Source: Geosiphon pyriformis uo1
Taxonomy: Eukaryota; Fungi; Glomeromycota
Length of the DNA stretch: 7,438 bases
NCBI GenBank assembly: GCA_016748015.1
Contig: JAAOMT010000453.1
Coordinates: 1-7,438 of the forward strand
Reading direction: 5' to 3'
Shown one piece after another: positions 1 through 7,438 of this stretch. The position numbers were made by a program, and so were the translations under genes. Position 1 is the first letter of the stretch, and each line of letters opens with the position of its first letter. Below the pieces are notes generated by a model. It had not been told where the DNA came from, did no database searches, and saw only the letters and a list, made by a program, of their open reading frames with translations.

Positions 1-716
1 GGGGGGGGGTAGGGAAGTCCAGTTGTATCCAGTAGTAACTCAAAGTAGTAAAGATTGAATGGATTGTGGGTCTATTGGGAATCATATGGTAGTAGGGGGA
101 TGTCCAAGTAAAGGTAACCATTAGGGATAGGAGTGGATTTGTTCGTATGGGATCCTTAGGGTTGGTGTTGGTTGGTGTGTTGGGTAGGAGTCTCCAACAA
201 CATAATGCTCCTACTTATTTGTATAGGCTGCAAGTCAAAGGATCCCAGTACTTAGGATCTGGTATTGCTTATTAGGATACCAGGGATGTAGCCTTACGAG
301 TCCTCAGGAGGAGTATTAGGATTGGGTGTGTGGGGATGTATACAGCAATGCTTGGATAGGGATATCAGTACTAAAGGGGATGTCATGAGTGTGTGTCCTG
401 TCAACGAACCTTAGGGGATCCTACGATTTGGGAGCATTGGCTACTGACCCGTCTTTATCCATCCAACATGAGCTGGTATAAGACTCAAGTAGGAACTCCA
501 AATCAGACAAGTACAACCAATATGTGATCGATACCTATGGAGGCAGTTCAATACTGAGGATCAGACCATATCTTGGATCCATTTACAACCAAACTAACAC
601 TAGAGCCTCATTCAATAGCAGGGGGGGGTGGTACTGGGGATCCCAACCAAGATCCATGCACTTAGCGATAACGGTTACACTGTATATCAACTCTTTGGGT
701 AGCCAAATAAGATAAC
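1..716 (+). repeat. Terminal direct repeat, copy 1 (probable circular-contig overlap)
   Basis: 1-716 appears identical to 6723-7438. The same 63-aa ORF is at 524..715 and 7246..7437 (offset 6722). The repeat runs to both window edges and starts inside a G run. Confidence 0.95.
55..466 (+). repeat. Imperfect inverted repeat / terminal stem-loop centred at ~260, rich in G-T(U) pairs
   Basis: AGGCTGCA 225-232 / TGTAGCCT 287-294; TAATGCTCCT 203-212 / AGGAGTATTA 309-318; TCTCCA 191-196 / TGGGGA 331-336; GATAGGA 126-132 / TCCTGTC 396-402; TTGAATGGAT 55-64 / ATCCATCCAA 457-466. Coordinate sums are 519-528. Confidence 0.75.
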
Positions 717-3493
717 TGATAGGATACTAACAAAAAGATCTCGATCAGGACCTTAGTATAGGGGGGAATCCCCATATCCCTAGTTATAAACCGTACTCTC
801 GCAAGCTTGTATCCATCTATTAGTATGTGTTGCATGGGTTGTATGGGATCCATCCTCCATAAATATGAGGAGCTCCAGATAAAACTGAGGCTGTGCTTTT
901 AGGCTCGAGGGCTACCAATAGGGCTCTATAGGAATTTGGACTTGTACCCACCAATGCTTGTATGGCTGCATAAGTACTAGTGTATATGCTGCCCTGGGGG
1001 GGGGCTAGAGATGTAGAGAACCCATAAGGACCCATACTCGTCATGTCAGCTTGCAGGTAGATAGGGGGGTAAGGATACCAACAAGTAGATCAAAAAGCGC
1101 ACTACATCTCGGGTTTATCTGACCAACCAAATACCAGTACAACAAGTCAACACAGGCTTTGGGGACCACTTGGGTACCATATAACCACCATACCCTAATT
1201 CCCTTACAACACAAGGGACCCAATATGCCAGATCAATAAGGACCCATGACAACCAAACTACTATTTCTTACCCATCTTACAGGGTAGTCTTAAGGGGTCC
1301 CTACGATACCGAGCTATTAATTTACATACCTAGGGATTTCATGACCCAACTCCTACCATTGTATTGGTAAGTATGGTACCAATCCTAATTACCATACCAA
1401 ACGGTACTTAGGGGGATCTGGTAAAGTATGAGTAATCGGGGGGTATCATTGGTATCAGGCACGTCTAAAAATCAAGCACACACCTACAGGATTGATGACT
1501 ACCATCCCTCTCTATCAGGGATCCCATACTATTGATTCACAACCCCTGTTGAGGGGATGTACGTATGTAATACAAGGAATCGTTAGGGATCTTAATGGAG
1601 GACCTACCAATACATAGGACTCAAAGACCACCATGGCCCCCAACAGAAGTGTGTGGTATCAGGATAGTAGGATGAGGTCCTATTGGTAGAGTAGCCAAGG
1701 ATGGTTCCTTAACAACCCCATACAACCCCAACACCCACATGAATCATAAGTACCCAACCGTTATCCCCTTCTCTATCCAGTGAGGCCTCAAATATGGTGA
1801 CCAGTCTACATACCAATCCAAATAGACTGGGACCTATTGGTAGTACCACTCAACAGGCTTCTATAACCTAATTGCTGCCAAAAGCCCGCAGTTTGTAGGG
1901 TCCTAACCGAGATCAAGTACACAAACCAAGAAGGGTATAAGGGACCAAGGAAGTAAGTAGCCAAAGCCTAAAGAGGAGCATTGTAATTAGCGTGATTGAT
2001 CACAAGGAGTTTAACATCAGTAATTATAGTAAGCCCCTTATATATCAAGCAATTTCCAGTAACCCAAGGCAGGTATGGATCTAAGGCTAAAGCTGTCCCA
2101 ATAAATGGTTATGGTTGTCTATCTCGCTCCCCAAACAACCCAGTGGGAAGCTGGGTACCATTTGGATCCCAACTCCAATATTAGACAAGACCAATCATAC
2201 CCAATATGAGTATTTGTATTTGGTAGTCCATACTAAAGAGTACCGGATGCAACAAAGACTCCCCGACATTTAGCCATACCACCCAATCCAGAAACCAAAC
2301 CAAACAACCATCATCCCAATAGTACAATCATATTACCTCATGGGGAGGTATGCCAACGGTATGGGAGCCAATAAAGTGAAGCCCCTTTATAACATACACC
2401 CTTTAAAACAACAGTCCGAACAATCCTGCCTCTATCCTTAAGGCGCCTTTCATGGGTAAGCCTCCAAATCCTATCCAAATCATCCATATACTCCCAAAAA
2501 GGGAACTGTCTAACTACTAGGACTACTACTTGTATTCATCATACCAAATACAAAGCAAAACCTCTTGCCAAATAGTAGTATTTAGGACCATATCTCAGCT
2601 GATCCAATAGGGTGGTAAAGATGGGTAGCAATTGGTCAGACAAAGACCTAATAAACCGTACATACTAGGGATTGGTGTCAAATTGATAGGGCCCCTCAAG
2701 ATACCCCTTGCTGTGGACCATCATGACCAAGTGGCCTCATTGTTATTTTGTAGCTTACTCATACTAGGATCCCCCAAATGGTGAACTGTAGGGCTCTTGG
2801 TAAGATAGGGAGGGATCAGTACCAAACCAAGGAAGCCTTATACCAAGTCTATTACTAATGCGGTAAGTAAGTAGTCCCTCAGGACCCTAATCCAATAAGC
2901 TCTAGAAGCCTGGGGCCATCATATTGGGTAATGGTTCCTATGAGCTCTATTTTCTGGCTATAAGCCCTCCGTACTCATATATCCAAAGCTGATATGTACC
3001 TACCAACAATGCAAAATACACAGGAGATTGGGAGGGAACAGGATTTATACTCGCACTTTGATATAGCTCTAGAAAGTCAAGTCCTTCCCAGAGGGGGACC
3101 TCTAGTAAAGGGCAATACCAGATATGTCAGATACCTAGAAAATGGACAATCAATGTCCCAATCAAACAAACTGGTTTAAACGGGATCCAAAACTTCAACA
3201 AACAAAACAACCAAACAATGCCAAATAGTGATACCACCGTCATCCTTACTTAGATTGATAGCCTCCAATCAATGTACCATAAGTACTGGCCCCAAAAGCC
3301 CCCTTTCCCTACTTCCAAAGATCATGAATCTCGTCTATTTTGTATGGGTGTCCACTGTAGACAAAAAGTAAAGAAACCCAGTGGGGGTCTAGGGGGGGGG
3401 TAACATACCCATTGGTCCCCACAAACCCTGGGTCCTCTAACCAATACCTAAATACCCATTGATTGGTACTCACTACCAACTACCCCTAGTACT

Positions 3494-3723
3494 TTGGGGA
3501 CTCATGTACTTAGTTTGGGGGATGATGAGGACTCTTATTAGAGTACCAGGATTCTTAGTCAGGGGGGGTGGGTAAGTGATGTGGGACTCCGATCTGTCTC
3601 AGAAGGGTGGTTAAAAACCAGACACGTCCCCTCCCCATCAATACTCCCCCCCCAATCACCAAACAAGTCCCCTAGACTTTAGTCATGACCATCATGGACG
3701 ACTTCCCCTACCCAAGTCCCCAA
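3494..3723. repeat. Imperfect inverted repeat / terminal stem-loop centred at ~3608
   Basis: TTGGGGACT 3494-3502 / AGTCCCCAA 3715-3723, ATGATG 3522-3527 / CATCAT 3690-3695 and TGATG 3577-3581 / CATCA 3636-3640 all share coordinate sum 7217. G7 3562-3568 faces C8 3646-3653, and TGTCT 3595-3599 faces AGACA 3620-3624. Confidence 0.8.
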
Positions 3724-4568
3724 TCCAGGTTACTCCCCTAGACTTACTTTAACCTGCCTATCCCTAAAGATCCTTACAAAAGGGTAAACCAAAAACCACT
3801 ACTACCAATCCAACTACTGCTGTATACCAACCCTTAATACCCAAGTCTTGTACTTACTTCCCAACTGTGTCATATGGATTAAGGTCGTAAAGTATGGGGG
3901 TGTCCTCAAATGGGGATAGTAATATGGTAAGGCTTCTTGTACTCCTGTACCATCCCTACTTATCTACTATTGGGACCCTCCAAGTCCACCATAATACTTG
4001 TGGGGTAAGAGTACCAAATGGATCCAATACATAGATCCAGTCAGGAGTATTAACACAGAGAGCCTTAAGCTATCAAGGGTCGAGATCCTACAGTTGTGGT
4101 CCTATGTAGTAGTTTCTGTAGAGTCCTTTACAAACCAAAGGCCTAAAGCAGTAGATCCCTGTATTTGCAAGTAATACTACTACCAATACTCCCCAGCTTA
4201 CTTGTAGATTAGGTACTTGTGGCTCTCAGTAGTTGGTAGCTTAATGCTCCTATTTGCGTCCTATAAGGTATCCATTGGGAGTATATGAGTCCTGCGGTAC
4301 GTCCTCAGTATCCAGTAAGCTCCAGTTTTAGCCATGTCCCTCTACCCATTCAGTTTGGATCCAAGTCCATAGTGGGCTCTAGACGGCGGGTTGTTAGGTA
4401 GAGGCTACTTGCACATACCAGCTATAAGAACCTACTTTCTACTGGTAGCCAAAAAGGACTCTCCCAAATAACTCCCACCAAACATCAACAACTGGGACCG
4501 TATATACTATCTCCTATAACTTACCATATAGGTACAAAGGGATCTCAATGATATGATGCCCTCTCCAA

Positions 4569-4685
4569 AGGCTTATCACTTCCCATACCTAAAAACAGGG
4601 GCTCATAACAACCCAGGCATATCACTATATTTGGGTAACAGGGCTCATAATACTTTAGATCCCAGTCTCCCCTACAGGGGGCTCA
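4569..4685 (+). repeat. Degenerate short tandem duplication (~45-nt unit)
   Basis: AGGCTTATCACT 4569-4580 ~ AGGCATATCACT 4615-4626; AACAGGGGCTCATAA 4594-4608 ~ AACAGGGCTCATAA 4637-4650 ~ ACAGGGGGCTCA 4674-4685. Confidence 0.6.
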
Positions 4686-6277
4686 AGCAGTAATACTGAT
4701 CCCTACATGGTTGATCCCCCCCGGGATCCATGGGTATCAAATCTGTCACATCCACACAACTGTATTTGTCCGTCATCAAACATCTCCATCCATCCCCACC
4801 AGTTACTATGGGTCCTTGTCAACCCCTATACCTCCACAGGGGGGGGGGAGCTCTCAAAACCAATGACTCTATACCAAGTACACAACCACAAATCCCACCA
4901 ACGATTTCTTATGTATACAACCCAGGATCCAACACACAACCCATTTGACTCATCCATATACCACCACCAATATCCCAATCAACAAACACAAAATGGTAGT
5001 CTCTCCTATACCCAAATCCCCTTTCACATGTGTACAGTAGGTACAGAGTATCTAGTCCCAAAGCTTACCAATACCCACCCTTCATTGAACACCCTTATAA
5101 ATAGCACAGTTAGCAGGTAAAACTCTTTATACTCATTCAGGACCCTAAAAATAGGCCAAAGAGGACGATCTTCAAACCTGGTTTTACTTGGGATGCCTCT
5201 ATAGTAGGGGGGGCTGGGGGAGGACCCTCTTGAGTTGGTGGTAGCCTATCTCTAAAGGTAAAACATCCTCAAAAATAGGCAGCCATTATGATGGCTTAAT
5301 AGGTACCTACAATAGGGGGGGGCTACTAAGCTTACTGTACAAGTTGGCCTATTACTTCTTCTATCATGGGACCCATATAGGTAGTTAGGACTGCAACAAA
5401 GCCACCTCCAAAACATATATGCCTTATGAGCAACTACTCACAACAAAAGGGGATACAAAGGGACTAACAACCAAGGGTTACAAGTACTTACCACAACACT
5501 ATTGCTTAAAGAAAATAGGCCCAGTACTTAGCCTCCCATGTACTTGTGTGATAGGCTAAGCTCCAAAGGGCTGGGGGGGGGGTAACAACTCCCATCATCC
5601 ATCCAAAGCCAAATAAGTCAAGCCTGATACCATAAATACTGACCCACAATAACAACCAAGGATCAAACCCAGGATCATGAAAAACAGGCTACCCACCAAA
5701 TAGTAACCAACAAAGAACCCAAATCAAGGGCCATCCACCGTTCCATACTTACAAGTGAAGTCTCCTTGTGTAATACTGGCTCCAATAAGTCCCCAACCAA
5801 GCAAAGATCTTGTTATTGGGGGGGTAAGTTACAAATTCAACAAACAAAAACAAACCCCAAACAACCATGTACCAACCAGATCTACAAACCAGTCTTAGGA
5901 GCTAAAGTAGCCATAGATTTCGTAAACACCCAAATCAACTCTTATTTAGATACCCAATAAGACTAGGATCCAATAACTGGCTAAGCCTTGTGCTCTTATA
6001 AATCAACATATACAACCACATCAACTATCTATGAGTACCAAATCACAACCAAATCAAGCAGGGCTGGGTGTTGTGGCTGCAAAGGGGCTTGGGGGGGGGG
6101 CGATGGTACTTCCCATGACTTGGGTACCCAAATCATAGTATCCATCTGACTACTTGCTTTAGTATCCAATTGCGTGGGTATATATAGGCTTGGGGGATCC
6201 TTACTGAAAACAAAGGGCTCTCTGGGGATAAGCTTTATGAGCAAGCACCATTCAGGAAGCTCCATGACCCCCTGGTA

Positions 6278-6360
6278 GGAAAGGTGACTGAATGGTAAAG
6301 TGGTAGCCCGCTAAGCCTCTGGATCACGTATCCTTGGGAGTTCAAGTCTCCCCCTTTCCA
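6278..6360 (+). tRNA. trnS(gct): Class II tRNA-Ser(GCT)-like gene of bacterial/organellar type with a defective anticodon arm (pseudo-tRNA, edited tRNA or tRNA-like structure)
   Basis: Acceptor stem GGAAAGG 6278-6284 / CCTTTCC 6353-6359 (7/7); T8-G9; D stem ACT 6287-6289 / AGT 6299-6301 with G13-A22 and GG in the loop; anticodon loop CC-GCT-AA 6308-6314; variable arm GGAT 6321-6324 / ATCC 6330-6333; T stem GGGAG 6336-6340 / CTCCC 6348-6352 (5/5) with loop TTCAAGT; discriminator A6360; CCA not encoded (followed by CAACCA). The anticodon stem GTAGC/GCCTC has T-T and A-C mismatches, and position 33 is C. Confidence 0.85.
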
Positions 6361-6704
6361 CAACCAAGGCTTCATGGGGATCGGTACCCAAACTGATAGA
6401 GCCAGATCAAAGTAGTCGACAATGATCCGCCTGGGGGGCTTTTATATGGGGCCTGAGGACTCATCCCTTTGCTTTGGGACCAACTAAAGCTGGGTAAGCC
6501 AATAAAAGCGGTATGTATAGCAAGACCACAACCAAAAAGGGGTACTTTACTCCTGCTATCGTCAACATCCCTGTCATGAACGTCTCCAAATATTGGTGGG
6601 TAACAGTAGTTATAAAAACCAATTAGAGATTACAAACATACCAACAACCAACTCCCAATGGATTGTAGCCAAGTCGTAGTAGTTGTCCAATTAGGATCAC
6701 CAAT

Positions 6705-6736
6705 GGGTGGTGGGGTGGGGTGGGGGGGGGGTAGGG
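6705..6736 (+). other. G-quadruplex-forming motif at the unit junction
   Basis: GGGTGGTGGGGTGGGGTGGGGGGGGGGTAGGG has at least four G-runs of 3 or more with short loops. Confidence 0.75.
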
Positions 6737-7438
6737 AAGTCCAGTTGTATCCAGTAGTAACTCAAAGTAGTAAAGATTGAATGGATTGTGGGTCTATTGG
6801 GAATCATATGGTAGTAGGGGGATGTCCAAGTAAAGGTAACCATTAGGGATAGGAGTGGATTTGTTCGTATGGGATCCTTAGGGTTGGTGTTGGTTGGTGT
6901 GTTGGGTAGGAGTCTCCAACAACATAATGCTCCTACTTATTTGTATAGGCTGCAAGTCAAAGGATCCCAGTACTTAGGATCTGGTATTGCTTATTAGGAT
7001 ACCAGGGATGTAGCCTTACGAGTCCTCAGGAGGAGTATTAGGATTGGGTGTGTGGGGATGTATACAGCAATGCTTGGATAGGGATATCAGTACTAAAGGG
7101 GATGTCATGAGTGTGTGTCCTGTCAACGAACCTTAGGGGATCCTACGATTTGGGAGCATTGGCTACTGACCCGTCTTTATCCATCCAACATGAGCTGGTA
7201 TAAGACTCAAGTAGGAACTCCAAATCAGACAAGTACAACCAATATGTGATCGATACCTATGGAGGCAGTTCAATACTGAGGATCAGACCATATCTTGGAT
7301 CCATTTACAACCAAACTAACACTAGAGCCTCATTCAATAGCAGGGGGGGGTGGTACTGGGGATCCCAACCAAGATCCATGCACTTAGCGATAACGGTTAC
7401 ACTGTATATCAACTCTTTGGGTAGCCAAATAAGATAAC
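6723..7438 (+). repeat. Terminal direct repeat, copy 2; defines a unit length of 6722 nt
   Basis: GGGGGGGGGTAGGGAAGTCC...AGCCAAATAAGATAAC matches 1-716 on visual comparison. Confidence 0.95.

Larger units (their letters stand above)
1..6722. other. Circle-wide imperfect self-complementarity (quasi-rod fold), ORF-less element
   Basis: Colinear reverse-complement anchors: 55-64/457-466, 203-212/309-318, 665-674/6553-6562, 770-777/6444-6451, 816-824/6392-6400, 909-917/6301-6309, 1082-1088/6150-6156, 1285-1292/5958-5965, 1900-1907/5384-5391, 2973-2981/4282-4290, 3000-3007/4232-4239, 3183-3189/4019-4025, 3494-3502/3715-3723. Confidence 0.8.

Noticed and set aside
158-169. AGGGTTGGTGTT resembling kinetoplastid minicircle CSB-3 (GGGGTTGGTGTA)
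   Set aside because: Only 10/12 in a G+T-rich tract, no proper CSB-1/CSB-2 upstream, and kinetoplast DNA does not encode tRNAs.
542-570. CAGTTCAATACTG as a second tRNA T-arm
   Set aside because: Only a 3-bp stem, with no acceptor, D or anticodon arm.
400-752. Scattered echoes of LSU rRNA motifs (TCAACGA..TCCTACG, GATAAC, CTCGATCAGGAC)
   Set aside because: Short matches in the wrong order or spacing, with no supporting conserved helices.
2233-2664. 143-codon minus-strand frame open if TGA=Trp
   Set aside because: No clear start and no recognisable family; about one such run is plausible by chance across six frames.
2727-4553. Long plus-strand frame without TGA (open if TAA/TAG were sense)
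   Set aside because: TGA is sparse here in all frames, and the part I translated does not resemble a known protein.
4707-5120. 137-aa plus-strand ORF and the other 60-78 aa ORFs in the track
   Set aside because: Composition-driven sequences with no recognisable motif and lengths within chance expectation.
6453-6490. CTGAGGA as a hammerhead CUGANGA core (also at 554 on +, and near 301-307 and 4302-4308 on -)
   Set aside because: No downstream stem II plus GAAA in any case. I could not support a hammerhead or hairpin ribozyme by eye, so a covariance-model search is still needed.
6671-6701. AAGTCGTA...GGATCACC resembling an SSU rRNA 3' end
   Set aside because: Spacing is about half that expected and the terminal helix (GGAA loop) is missing.
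1-7438. LTR retrotransposon with 716-bp LTRs
   Set aside because: No TG...CA termini, no TGG-starting primer-binding site after 716, no gag/pol remnants seen, and the repeat ends coincide with the window edges.
1-7438. CRISPR array or regularly spaced repeats built on GGATCC motifs
   Set aside because: The motifs are 6-11 nt and irregularly spaced, with no repeat-spacer periodicity.

Overview
The window is one 6722-nt unit plus a 716-nt terminal overlap (1-716 = 6723-7438), so it is most likely a circular molecule, or possibly one unit of a tandem array. I found no credible protein-coding gene in the standard code, nor in the frames I spot-checked with TGA or TAA/TAG read as sense. The only recognisable gene is a bacterial/organellar-type class II tRNA-Ser(GCT)-like sequence at 6278-6360 (+). 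Its acceptor, D, variable and T arms are intact, but its anticodon arm is damaged. The main unexplained signal is that the two halves of the circle are imperfect reverse complements in colinear register (paired coordinates sum to about 7200-7300, or about 500-530 modulo 6722). A single strand could therefore fold into a quasi-rod with tips near ~250-260 and ~3608 and many G-U-type pairs. This resembles viroid-like/HDV/obelisk/ambivirus circular RNAs, but here at ~6.7 kb with no ORF and no ribozyme I could recognise. A decayed palindromic organellar DNA chromosome is the main alternative. Other features are strong CpG depletion, marked enrichment of GGATCC and other short palindromes, strand-biased G homopolymers and a G-quadruplex motif at the junction. 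All counts and alignments were done by eye, and neither host nor molecule type (RNA or DNA) can be determined from the sequence alone.
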